A stretch of DNA of 64,000 bases. Origin: a virus. Of the stretch, positions 52,701-58,560 are shown piece after piece. The stretch's first letter is position 1, and each line of letters begins with the position of its first letter. The DNA is taken from positions 51,003 through 115,002 of the IMG/VR virus record IMGVR_UViG_3300030104_004642. One strand, given 5' to 3'. A program made the position numbers and the translations under genes. Below the pieces are notes generated by a model. The model saw only the letters and a program-made list of their open reading frames with translations, was not told the DNA's origin and did no database searches.

Positions 52701-52759
52701 ATATATGCTGGGATCTGGGATGCTATGACATCCTGTATCTGTACTCTATCTACCGCCAT
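40775..52759 (-). CDS. gp7: Baseplate wedge initiator gp7-like giant protein
   Basis: 3994 aa between gp6 and gp8; FYKAKGTDESFKILFK and DNDYYQRFSYSLKS...LNHTAGFKKFSD motifs; embedded HSPIIGWAYDGCPIYGPYG segment. Confidence 0.85.
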   Translation of the reverse strand: MAVDRVQIQDVIASQIPAYIRDDFPLLVSFLQEYYISQEVQGGTLDLIENLDQYVKVDELAAIKTESRLGADLGIIGNTITLSADTNFTYEFPETNGIIQIDDEIIKYGNKTATTFENCKRGFSGVTEYTNTLIPDKQVFKTSLAAAHKKGAVVKNLNVLFLQEFFNKLKTQIAPGFESRTLATGLDQRNFVKGSDSFYKAKGTDESFKILFKAIYGVDVEILKPNNQLIRPSDAEYKVSQDYVVEAYVGDPLEVVNRTIYQDSTNARGTCTKVEKINAEGDFYQMSIDTGYQRDIDVDGTIRGKFEPNSKTKLLNTVAIGATFLDVDSTIDFPTSGQLSVDDSSGNENILSYTDKNLTQFLGVTTTTNSFDKAIDVRKYDYTYANTGVGTESQIRFRLLSTLKEVEYVDKNFGLSKGDRISLKTLGVDDSKNDWFYNIKFKLEVSDITLVNSSNNIYQIDCLENHHLKTGYKLVLTNKDSSTNFNCEVTSIVSSKSINVELGNTIPASTLSQSFSIENQLLKGNSTKLSIRNYNANVQNVYLKEDKYLLASDSIPNYDDEIRCDDKIISFTGAANFDIITLSSSGDHGFFSGDAVYYSANTVTTITESGDGGPDIVDTKLSKFTNVEEGVYFIQRIDAFSIRLAMSRADLLNKKYITPAGSVTNNKFTYYPFYEKNLIGQKIFREIDEPTQEAGTFTTKPGKTGVLINGVEIDNYKSSDVIFYGGIDSFDVSSGGNDYDVINPPLLEITDGFGSGASGTISVEGSLSELNIINPGFDYIDTPTVKITGGNPTTHAQAFINLIKTDHVIPFQAGIALNNIDGGVDITNDIIGFTTFHNLRNIEQVQYISKRNPVVGLTTDAVYFSKVVDGTKIKLFGSFDEADAGINTISLNGLGNGLQSIATIEKKKIISSINIANPGSGYKNQERAIISAGISTALDIFTIKNHGYNTNDIICYEEKTTPVGGISTNTDYFVGKIDDNNFKLYEVGTGSVDRRYYIDNNIVLDITGQGDGCFNYKPITVTIEGRVGLDTNFGQEFNATVQPLFRGQISAADVSTSGVGYGSSEIFNFDRKPTTILKSGSGGQLTPIIENGTIKQVIVNNGGSGYNSPPHLTTTLGSYCKLTPITENGVIKSVIVVSGGINYRSDSQIIIEPSGAEGSVSANINQWTINKFEQKLSKLTDDDCIVAEGSISNSLQLAHLYAPRNLRTVVYGRKSNGEIQYQHPDLKKLNGQEVRSKYHSPIIGWAYDGCPIYGPYGYDRQDGGGVRRMISGYEASAKSDRPPLNTYPLGFFVEDYEYLGTGDLNRSNGRFCVTPDYPDGTYCYFSTINDITESGGPFKNLKKPIFPYLIGDSFQHKPNTFNFKKLSNHVDYDLVENNWRRITTPYKINTPFGGYDYIFNSNKEREQVIEVTGVSQGSVNTVGIFTGGDNYKVNDRIEFKGDTFGKAARGVVDTLKGRQVNNVDIDTTLFTNIEFINVGRSDRFVGIMTQPHNIINNTMLRIGGLSQYFDGFDGNYNVGINSGSYVLLENIDVVANTGIVTFLTVGGAFQYPFIRPNDIITIESERLKVLNSDPLNNRIRVIRTQDSTPGFAHTGNLPLFQDSRQFNINVGTLKTTKLLRSNTEFYFEPSESVGIGTSTTDGIVGAGITLNFKNPGAGITNIFAPEQTIYIPGHNLKINDVLTYTPNGDTIEVWNGKTGVAYTTLDSFTQLFVAPVSDDFIGLSSNKVGVGSTGDIAQYVEINDPTVGLLFFTDLGTGVFHGLKTNFDDIITGEARRTKVTVSTASTHGLFVNDKIKFNLNPKNEETISVKYNNFNRRIVFNPQGFTASDVDIVSNAIGVATNTFKTGDKVIHQSSSPSGGLVDEKMYYVYVDTETSIKLVDEKFELNKISPNFIDITSAGIGTLSKINPSIDAVTNLKFDLSDPSLAFVSNSIQYPAFKMEIFTDSLFVNQYLTTDGDQDFNVKTSGVVGVDGELTLEIKDIPPSLYYKFSNQNESFVTEEKKLVIDENVFSYNTIYKSLSVLDGAYSLVGIGSTTFVFDLDNSSAIVSYDRTTADADYTTTSVNAQGPIEHVNLVDNNYGYTKIPGVSSIKTVLGTGAIIYAESESIGQIRNQKFASNNIGWNYPTDKTLKPTANLPEIVEINPLASFDRIGISSSGIDYLVAPQLIVRDGFTDEIVDCVISYELGDPEVTITTNTRGMYPVTPRIIAVNNSNGFEIGSINVTGKTVRLNLTNQFNSDDEYPFAIGGTVYVENVNIGVGTTGRGYNSSQYSNNLFDVVGVNTNPGGSGAYVEYTLKDYLTSTEIPGNVISLNSASVVPGNYLPIFETTLASNDFLDDEIVTWDGKTGRVDSYNKDTGILKVKSQFDMPIGTIIVGDASRTRGQVVRRWDFKGDITTGAGTTINYGWQRETGMLNDSLQRLPDNDYYQRFSYSLKSPISLTTWDNTVGALNHTAGFKKFSDLQVESTSNTKLTPAVNDTEMSFIVDCIGEGNIHCWNDVDKARENIFTVNGNRASDNVFFDNIILTDYFESQGNRVLSVDDVSVEFNSNERSEAFANVSTFDPTVKFVKSLFLVQDTTFTDERQFQVSTAVVDDELAYMTSYAKLHTHPDLGFFDITAGTGEFDFEFHPVKFTVNNYFVSSFAFAIGPELVGAGTSSFGDIIEFETQEVNVPTGTITNIVSVGTSYRSMKVLNLLTHGDDHHFAELNIIHNDTDCSIVEYNNIDETNSSLYLGGIGTYSAEISGVNVVLKFHPSAGIAATSYSQVVSAVRGTSFTGFTSMTTARVGSGYTSIASSGSPTAHIISSYDTASVDEKYAASYQVITVEDTSNNHHEIFELGVLNALTIPTQQYVEFANVATNAGLGTVGVTTSGNFVNVVYTPNPGIAVEVKNFFVDLREIQPSNTLSQIDYNDGLFKTQVGNYFGTKSDIRTNFNLLHKGDPIFTRQFNGVTGVNTDDNVIISSNHFFQSGEAVKYTVTGTDQRIEIVSTDFGGSVGSTTLLPTDLFVSKVNDFKIGFCTSAADALQVNPNRIVFSGVGVGNSHFITATKQNTKMLVSVDNMIQAPLTRTGITASLTNGIVFDTDFKTSGITTISANDIIKIDDEFMRVTSSTGTGTTIFVERPILGSTIAPHSGGATIEKFVGNFNISGNTINFVSAPFGNVPLSTTTAAPDERDYTDISTKSTFSGRVFTKRGATGGTVETYNDNFVFDDVSEQFTGITSEFILKNNGADVTGITSNTIVLVNNIFQSPQGVQVLEEGEYQNFESAGVTTAQFTGSNIGTATGYDQNLGNLPIGGMIVSVGSSEGSGYQPLVGAGGTAVVSLTGSIQSVSIGNSGSGYRTGVVTAYNVGVQTYDGVIPVLTHVGEAVVTNGNITSINITNPGSGYTTTNPPIVVIDQPLSYKGIPLEYSSSSTTGVGQSATVDIKVGQGSNVIEFEINNFGFGFGKNEILTVPTGGTTGIPLDSSISFNEFQITIQDIYSDSFNAFSPGEFQVLDRIDDNFNGINRVFPLTLQGEPVSIVAARDSNIEVNQTILVFINDILQVPGVSYTFEGGSLITFNEAPKGPGSGIPEGDTSRILFYKGAGATDVVFRDVLETIKIGDSVELSADVENDQTPNLNQNERVITGITTVDASKTNFYDGPGLAIDKTINRPVKWCKQTIDRKINGKFVGKDRVKYEPNIFPTSFLTSSVGIGSTVAYVDSVRPLFDGNNETNDRAFQDNITLTSQNTVEGATATATVSTAGTITALTITNAGQGYAAAPEVSIAGTTTRATGIATITNGSVTSLTVTDGGAGYSAAPLVLIEEPKLTHETINVNSYTGDSGVIVGLGSTGSSSNPQLFFDTYIPINSIMRDASLVGTAITVSTLSAGDYVVIQNTHVSIGSTFASPVSVATTFLDCVYQVATATTERVEVVHETNVGVVTSVRRIVCNVDTFGPGIAHTTSFDEGSFSWGKIEFAERVNPQTFDFYGQDGVSGISTSALVNRTESLKFKNYI

Positions 52760-52762
52760 TTC

Positions 52763-54847
52763 TTAGTAAGAATATGTTGTTGTACTTGTGGACCCATTCA
52801 TACCAGTTGTAACAGTCACTGTTTGTTGTGTAGAAACCACTGGTTGTGTTCCAGTTGTTGATTGTGACAAGGTATCTGTTGTTGCTGATGTTTGTGGTGT
52901 TGGTGCTGCTAATACTGGTTTACCCCTTACAAGAACCCCATTAGAGTAGGAAGAGGAAACAATATAGTTACTACCAGATATATCATCACCAGAGGCAATC
53001 TCATCACTTACAGCATTAATTGATACCCTGGATTGATCAAGTTGAAGATATAGGTCTTGCTTTCCAATAACATCATTTGAGTATGGGACAGCAGATATCT
53101 CAATCAGTGGTTCACCTCTATTTACTACAGTAGAAATAATGTTTATTGGTGAAATCATCAGTTCACCCTTGACATAATCAATTGATCCCACATTTCTCCT
53201 TACAATAACAAACTCAGTATCAGAATTCAATTTAAAGAGGAATAATGAACCCTTCTTCAATGTTGAATCAGGTGTGTCACCAAGATATAGGGTTTCAGAT
53301 ATTCCTGCTACCTTGAATCCAGAGGACTTGATATTGAATCCAATCTCACCACCATGTGTTCCATGGCCATGATTCTTAACATAGAACCTATTACCAAAAC
53401 AAATCTCATACTCAGCAAAGGTATTCAATACACAATTAAGATCCCTGCGCATTGTCACAGTGGTTATGTTTGATGTGATTGATTGATGACTATTATCAAT
53501 CACATTCTGATACTTACTATATTTAAATCTTGCACCAAACTTATTCAACTCTGTTGAACCAGAATACTGATTAATATTATTCCTAACAAGACCAACTACA
53601 GCAGCAGATCCTGGTGCCTTATTCTCATTATAGTAAACAAATGAATTGGTCTCAATAAACAGGTATTTCAGGTCCACAATCTCTGGGATGATACCAGCAA
53701 CAGAATATTTCTTTAACTGTCTGGATACATCCTCCTTTATTGCTGATGATAGGAATACACCATTGATTGGTTTTACAGCAATCATCACCCTACCATACTT
53801 GGGTGGTGTTAATTCCTCACCACCAAATGCAGAAACTGATTCTGCCTCTGGATAAATCTTAGGAATCATTGTCTCATAATCAACTGCTGTAACAGCACGA
53901 TTCTGTGAGGCATAGATCTGGGTGGAGAACTTCTTGATTGACTCCACATCCTCAATATCAGCACCACCAAAACTCTGCTGATCAACAAACATTGTTGTGA
54001 TGTTGTTGGTCAATGCACCACCATTATTATTAACCAACTGACCAGCATAGGTCAATCTTGCTATATTATTACCCTCAATACCATTTGATACAATATAACC
54101 AACCTCAATCACATTTGGTTCTGTTACTGGTAGACCAAAGATGCCATCACCAAACAATATCTCATATCGCTCATTCTCCACCTCCTGCAGGAAGTAGATT
54201 GGTGAATCTGCACCAATCTCAAATAAACCCTTTGATTCCTTGTATTCCCTCAGTATATTGGAACCAGATGACTCCCTTACACTAACCCTGATCAGGTTGG
54301 TATCAATCCCACTATTGGGTAGGATATATTTCTGATTGGGTGTCCTTGAACTAACATTAAAACTCTGTGTGAGGTATGATCCCTCATACACCGTGATCCC
54401 ATCAAACAATGCCAACCCATCATCATTCACACCAACAGTGATGTCCTCTGGTATGGAGAAGGTCAATGACTGTGGACCAAAGGTTGATGCTGATACAGCA
54501 ACTATACCCCTTTTCAGGGTGACTGCAACAGTTGTTGTACCACTGACATCAACAGCAAATGATACCTTTGCAGTTGCTGATCTCCTTGGTCTTGGGGTAT
54601 ATCCAATATTCTTTGCCAATGATACCACATTCTCCCTCAATGTGGCACTATCAATGAAGACCTCATTGGTCACCATATTGGCATTATAAGAATTGATGTA
54701 TGTATTATATGCTAACAGATCAATGATGGTGGAAAGGTTAGAACCCTCAAAATCATAATCAGTGAAGTTTGAATTCGCACGAAGGTAATCCTTTAAGGAT
54801 GTTTTGATCTGATTAAAATCTAGATTGCTGAAATTTACTAAAGGCAT
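52763..54847 (-). CDS. gp6: Baseplate wedge subunit gp6
   Basis: LDFNQIK, DYDFEGSNLS, DSATLRENVVSLAK and QNRAVTAVDY motifs. Confidence 0.96.
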   Translation of the reverse strand: MPLVNFSNLDFNQIKTSLKDYLRANSNFTDYDFEGSNLSTIIDLLAYNTYINSYNANMVTNEVFIDSATLRENVVSLAKNIGYTPRPRRSATAKVSFAVDVSGTTTVAVTLKRGIVAVSASTFGPQSLTFSIPEDITVGVNDDGLALFDGITVYEGSYLTQSFNVSSRTPNQKYILPNSGIDTNLIRVSVRESSGSNILREYKESKGLFEIGADSPIYFLQEVENERYEILFGDGIFGLPVTEPNVIEVGYIVSNGIEGNNIARLTYAGQLVNNNGGALTNNITTMFVDQQSFGGADIEDVESIKKFSTQIYASQNRAVTAVDYETMIPKIYPEAESVSAFGGEELTPPKYGRVMIAVKPINGVFLSSAIKEDVSRQLKKYSVAGIIPEIVDLKYLFIETNSFVYYNENKAPGSAAVVGLVRNNINQYSGSTELNKFGARFKYSKYQNVIDNSHQSITSNITTVTMRRDLNCVLNTFAEYEICFGNRFYVKNHGHGTHGGEIGFNIKSSGFKVAGISETLYLGDTPDSTLKKGSLFLFKLNSDTEFVIVRRNVGSIDYVKGELMISPINIISTVVNRGEPLIEISAVPYSNDVIGKQDLYLQLDQSRVSINAVSDEIASGDDISGSNYIVSSSYSNGVLVRGKPVLAAPTPQTSATTDTLSQSTTGTQPVVSTQQTVTVTTGMNGSTSTTTYSY

Positions 54848-55249
54848 TTACCTGGTCTGCTCTAAGGCGAATGAAATTTGTTGTGGTGCTGCATCAATAC
54901 CAACAATAGTATAATTGATCCTAACATCAAAGGAATTATTTGGTATATTAGGACTCACCCTTACATCATTTAACCTCACCCTAGGTTCGTACTTGATAAT
55001 TGTGGTTTCAACCTGCTGTTGGATATTAGATGCTGTAATCTGATCCAATGTTTCAAATAGTGATTCATAAACATCAGAACCAAGATCAGGTTGAAATGGT
55101 CTGTCACCAGGTACTGTTAATATTAAATTACGTATTGCCCTTGAGATAGCATTTTCATTCTTCAAACCAATCAGATCCTTATTCAAAGGATTGGACTGAA
55201 ACGTCGCACTGATATCTTTAAATGGTTTATTTACCCTTTGGACAGGCAT
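54848..55249 (-). CDS. gp25: Baseplate wedge subunit gp25
   Basis: NLILTVPGDRPFQPDLGS and YEPRV motifs. Confidence 0.95.
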   Translation of the reverse strand: MPVQRVNKPFKDISATFQSNPLNKDLIGLKNENAISRAIRNLILTVPGDRPFQPDLGSDVYESLFETLDQITASNIQQQVETTIIKYEPRVRLNDVRVSPNIPNNSFDVRINYTIVGIDAAPQQISFALEQTR

Positions 55250-55276
55250 TAAGATAACGACACTAGGATATGTCTT

Positions 55277-55284
55277 TATTTATA
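55277..55284 (-). promoter_or_regulatory. T4-type late promoter (gp25 operon)
   Basis: Exact TATAAATA on the minus strand. Confidence 0.8.
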
Positions 55285-55298
55285 GGGGTAATTCAGGA

Positions 55299-56057
55299 TT
55301 ATTGAACATCCTCATATCTGCCATCCTGTGAATGATATGTATCAATGGGATCCTCCAGGGGTTCAATATCCTCCCTCTCCTTGGATGTCTTCCAGAAGTA
55401 TGAATCCTCATCACCAAGTCCCATCCTGTCATGACCATTCTCCACCTGATAGAACTCCGTTGATACCTTAAAGTCAGGCATCTTGGGATTATCAGGTGTC
55501 AGGCTGTTATCATAGATCCTGGTCCTATTATTAGGATACAGGCAATACTGACCGTTATTGAGTTGGATAAGGTTATGTGACTTATGCTCAGAAGGCAACT
55601 CAGAGGTGCTGTAATCAACAATATCAGGGTCCTGGTGGTAGTTGTCTATCGTGCACACATAGGTGCCCTTCTGGATGCCATGGTCCCTTGTGTACACCTC
55701 AAAGTCCATTGACCCAATGAATGCCTTATTAATGGCAACAAGACCATAATCCATACAGTTCCAGAACTGTAGGTTGAACAGGTTCATATCAGGATCAGGT
55801 GTCCTGGGTGATGATACAAATGCACTGATTGGTAATTTATCATACATCGCAGCATACTCAGGAAGGTAGGTCTCAAAATAGAATGCCCTACCAGGTATGC
55901 TCTTTGCTGATACCCACCAACCCCTAACAAACTCACCCCAACCAGAGGTATGGTCAGTGAGATATTCTTTTCTTACATAAACCTCTACATTAGGAAGGTT
56001 ACATATTAAACATGCCATAGAGAACAGAGATTTTTCCGCGCTGTTGTATCTATACAC
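55299..56057 (-). CDS. Conserved hypothetical protein (likely start MACLICNLP at 56018)
   Basis: VYVRKEYL, KSIPGRAFYFE, LQFWNCMDY, EHKSHN and YPNNR motifs. Confidence 0.8.
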   Translation of the reverse strand: MYRYNSAEKSLFSMACLICNLPNVEVYVRKEYLTDHTSGWGEFVRGWWVSAKSIPGRAFYFETYLPEYAAMYDKLPISAFVSSPRTPDPDMNLFNLQFWNCMDYGLVAINKAFIGSMDFEVYTRDHGIQKGTYVCTIDNYHQDPDIVDYSTSELPSEHKSHNLIQLNNGQYCLYPNNRTRIYDNSLTPDNPKMPDFKVSTEFYQVENGHDRMGLGDEDSYFWKTSKEREDIEPLEDPIDTYHSQDGRYEDVQ

Positions 56058-56195
56058 ATAAATTCATAAAAAAATACCCCTCAGAGCATTCCAAGGAGCA
56101 TTATTAAAAAACAACATATGGTGAAGGATACTATAACAGAACAACTGATGATCAGTTGTTTGAGGGTGAATGATGAACCATTACCCCCATGATGT

Positions 56196-56345
56196 TCACC
56201 CCCTGCCTTGTCCACGATCACGCTTCTTAGCAGGTCCCCTGCTGGATGCAGCATACTTTGTGTGCTTCCCCTGTCCCTGTCGTGTCTTCTTGGGTTGGGA
56301 TTCAATGAATACTGCACCCAACAGTGATTTCTTTACCTTTGCCAT
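56196..56345 (-). CDS. Small, highly basic protein (49 aa, not in the ORF track)
   Basis: MAKVKKSLLGAVFIESQPKKTRQGQGKHTKYAASSRGPAKKRDRGQGRG, preceded by a strong SD (AGGAGG) 6 nt upstream. Confidence 0.8.
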   Translation of the reverse strand: MAKVKKSLLGAVFIESQPKKTRQGQGKHTKYAASSRGPAKKRDRGQGRG

Positions 56346-56374
56346 AATTTACCTCCTGTTTCGTATACTCAACC

Positions 56375-57151
56375 TCAGATAACCCTTGTCTTCTCATGTC
56401 CAACCCTGATGCGTGGATCACACCAGATCTCAAATCCTGCCTCAATAGCATCTAAGCAGAATGATACATCCTCCCCACACATATCCTGTACAGCACCAGA
56501 TTCAAAGACCTGCATCTTGGGTGCAAACCATGGATACTTCATCTTCTCATCCTCAAATACACCATTCTGGATCATCACCCATCCAAATCCTGTATAATCA
56601 ACAGTGAATGGTTTCTTCCTATTCTGGATGCTATCAACCATCTCATGATTCATCACACCACCATTATTCCTGAAATCATTCTCCTCCAACCAATGCGCCA
56701 CTGATGTGGTCTTTCCATCCTCTGTACTATACCAACCAGCAGTGATCTCCTTCTCCTCTCCCTCAGCATTCAATGATAGATCACATAACTGCCAGAACTT
56801 CTCAGTGCTGAATACAATGTCACTATCAATCCATAACTGATAATCATACTTCAACTTACCATCCCATGGCACCTGATCTGGTCCACGCAATACATTTGCT
56901 CCCAGACACTTACAACGTGCAAAGTTAACCATGGATGAGTAATCCTGACTGATCTGAATACTCATACCATTCTGTACCATATCAAAGCACAGTTGCACAA
57001 AGTTCTTTAAAAATGTATATGATACACCACGCCCAGGTAGACAGAATACAACAGTCTTACCCTTCATCCTTGCCTTGATGGCATCATAATCCCATTCTGG
57101 TTCCTTCTTCTTTGGGGGCGCTGATGCCTTTACAGTAAATCCTTTTGCCAT
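56375..57151 (-). CDS. Glycosyltransferase-like protein (GT-A fold)
   Basis: WIDSDIVF (DxD), TGFGWVMI, GEDVSFC and VGHEK motifs. Confidence 0.8.
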   Translation of the reverse strand: MAKGFTVKASAPPKKKEPEWDYDAIKARMKGKTVVFCLPGRGVSYTFLKNFVQLCFDMVQNGMSIQISQDYSSMVNFARCKCLGANVLRGPDQVPWDGKLKYDYQLWIDSDIVFSTEKFWQLCDLSLNAEGEEKEITAGWYSTEDGKTTSVAHWLEENDFRNNGGVMNHEMVDSIQNRKKPFTVDYTGFGWVMIQNGVFEDEKMKYPWFAPKMQVFESGAVQDMCGEDVSFCLDAIEAGFEIWCDPRIRVGHEKTRVI

Positions 57152-57174
57152 GATTGATAATTCACTACAATGTC

Positions 57175-57203
57175 AGTTTAGCAGTTTATATAGTCCCTGT
57201 CAA
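57175..57203 (-). promoter_or_regulatory. Sigma70-type promoter for the glycosyltransferase-like gene
   Basis: TTGACA-N17-TAAACT on the minus strand. Confidence 0.7.
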
Positions 57204-57240
57204 CTCAGACCTTTGGTCTTCACTAGTGAGGTAAACCTCC

Positions 57241-57444
57241 CTAGTAGGAACTCTCCTCCCTGGTCCTTAGGGTCTCCACCACCTCATAGGTGATGTCATC
57301 CACATCATACTTAGTATCCAATAACTTCACCATCTCCCTTAATGTATTATACGTATCAGTAAACTTATTCTCATCTAAACAATTATAAACACATTCTCCC
57401 CTCAGGTAAATATGGTAAAATTTTTCTGTGGGAATTTTTTTCAT
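57241..57444 (-). CDS. Hypothetical protein
   Basis: MKKIPTEKFYHIYLRGECVYNCL...EESSY; the track's longer N-terminus crosses a homopolymer run and looks non-coding. Confidence 0.7.
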   Translation of the reverse strand: MKKIPTEKFYHIYLRGECVYNCLDENKFTDTYNTLREMVKLLDTKYDVDDITYEVVETLRTREESSY

Positions 57445-57641
57445 ATAAATCGTTTCTATTTTTGAATTATATAGAGGTATAAAAAAAGAGACCAATATAA
57501 GTCTCAGGGGTATATACTTTTGTAGGTTGCCATAGACCGGTCTTTTTCGTAGGGGGGGGGTCATAATCCTTAGGGTTTACTACGCCCCCCAGGGCACCAA
57601 CGCTTACCCCCATAAACACTGTCATTTTGGATAACACTGTC

Positions 57642-57671
57642 AGTCTACCACATGTGCCCCCTATGTGTCAA
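57642..57671 (-). promoter_or_regulatory. Sigma70-type promoter at the edge of palindrome cluster 1
   Basis: TTGACA-N18-TAGACT on the minus strand. Confidence 0.5.
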
Positions 57672-57674
57672 CCT

Positions 57675-57787
57675 GTGTGGTCCACATAGTAATACTGTGT
57701 GTTACACATAGGTTTGATAAGTATTACTTACTGTGGGCCACATAGATTATATGGGCCACAATAAGTTTTCCTTATTGTGTAACACAT
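57675..57787. repeat. Palindrome cluster 1: five copies of ATGTG(T/G)N(A/C)CACAT-like 13-mers
   Basis: Copies start at 57675, 57697, 57731, 57749 (degenerate) and 57775. Confidence 0.85.
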
Positions 57788-57806
57788 AGGGGTCACACAG
57801 TAGGTA

Positions 57807-57950
57807 TCAGAATTCCAGTGTAATACTGGTGTCATTCTCCACAAGATTCACACCATTATCTGCGTCTGCCTGAATAACATCCAGGATCTGCAAGATCTCT
57901 GACCCAGTGTTACCCTGTGCCAGCATTCCAAGAGCAAGAGTGCGTGTCAT
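57807..57950 (-). CDS. Small hypothetical early protein
   Basis: MTRTLALGMLAQGNTGSEILQILDVI...; has its own sigma70 promoter upstream. Confidence 0.65.
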   Translation of the reverse strand: MTRTLALGMLAQGNTGSEILQILDVIQADADNGVNLVENDTSITLEF

Positions 57951-58049
57951 GATGAAGTAGTTTGTGTTACTTAGTGTGAAATGTGGGCAGTTTATAGTCA
58001 TACCAAGGACTGTTAAAGTTTAAGAGTTATCTGTGTCCTTCACCCTTAT

Positions 58050-58078
58050 ATTATATGACCCCTTGGTGTATCTGTAAA
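58050..58078 (-). promoter_or_regulatory. Sigma70-type early promoter
   Basis: TTTACA-N17-TATAAT on the minus strand. Confidence 0.8.
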
Positions 58079-58115
58079 GGGGCATTGTGCAGGTTCTGAG
58101 AGTGTCTGAGAGGGG

Positions 58116-58144
58116 TTGACATAACTGGGAGTTGATGATAGACT
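58116..58144 (+). promoter_or_regulatory. Sigma70-type promoter reading into palindrome cluster 2
   Basis: TTGACA-N17-TAGACT on the plus strand. Confidence 0.55.
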
Positions 58145-58194
58145 GCACGCTAAAATAACAACACCCAGGTACATTTATTGGACCAATAAAAACC

Positions 58195-58357
58195 ATGTGT
58201 TACACATACTTTTCATGTGTTACATATGCCCCCTATGTGTTACAAATACAGGGGTTCTCATGTGTTACACATAGGATGGATTTATGTGGTCCACATATAT
58301 CTGTGTGGGACACATATGTGTAACACATACATTTAGTGTGGTCCATGTGTAACACAT
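58195..58357. repeat. Palindrome cluster 2: eight copies of ATGTG(T/G)N(A/C)CACAT-like 13-mers
   Basis: Copies start at 58195, 58215, 58235, 58260, 58284, 58303, 58316 and 58345. Confidence 0.9.
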
Positions 58358-58360
58358 AGA

Positions 58361-58543
58361 TTAGGTGATATTTTCCAGACTATTCTCTAGATTCCTCTGC
58401 ATTTGGTCAAGGAAATCTAATCCTTTCACAGTTGCAATCCTCTCATACTCATCAACAATCATTTTGAGATTATCCCTACAAGATGTTGGAAACCTCATCA
58501 GTTCTGTCTTACCTAACTTGGGATACTTTGAGGAGAAAGGCAT
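58361..58543 (-). CDS. Small putative DNA-binding protein (ribbon-helix-helix-like)
   Basis: 60 aa; basic N-arm, KTELMRFP strand, two amphipathic helices; flanked on both sides by palindromes. Confidence 0.55.
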   Translation of the reverse strand: MPFSSKYPKLGKTELMRFPTSCRDNLKMIVDEYERIATVKGLDFLDQMQRNLENSLENIT

Positions 58544-58560
58544 TACTCAGGGGGTCAAAC

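Noticed and set aside
56081-56317. 78-aa minus-strand ORF as given in the track
   Set aside because: Its 5' half overlaps, out of frame, the better-supported 49-aa ORF with a strong SD. Only the hydrophobic 3' part might be a real gene.
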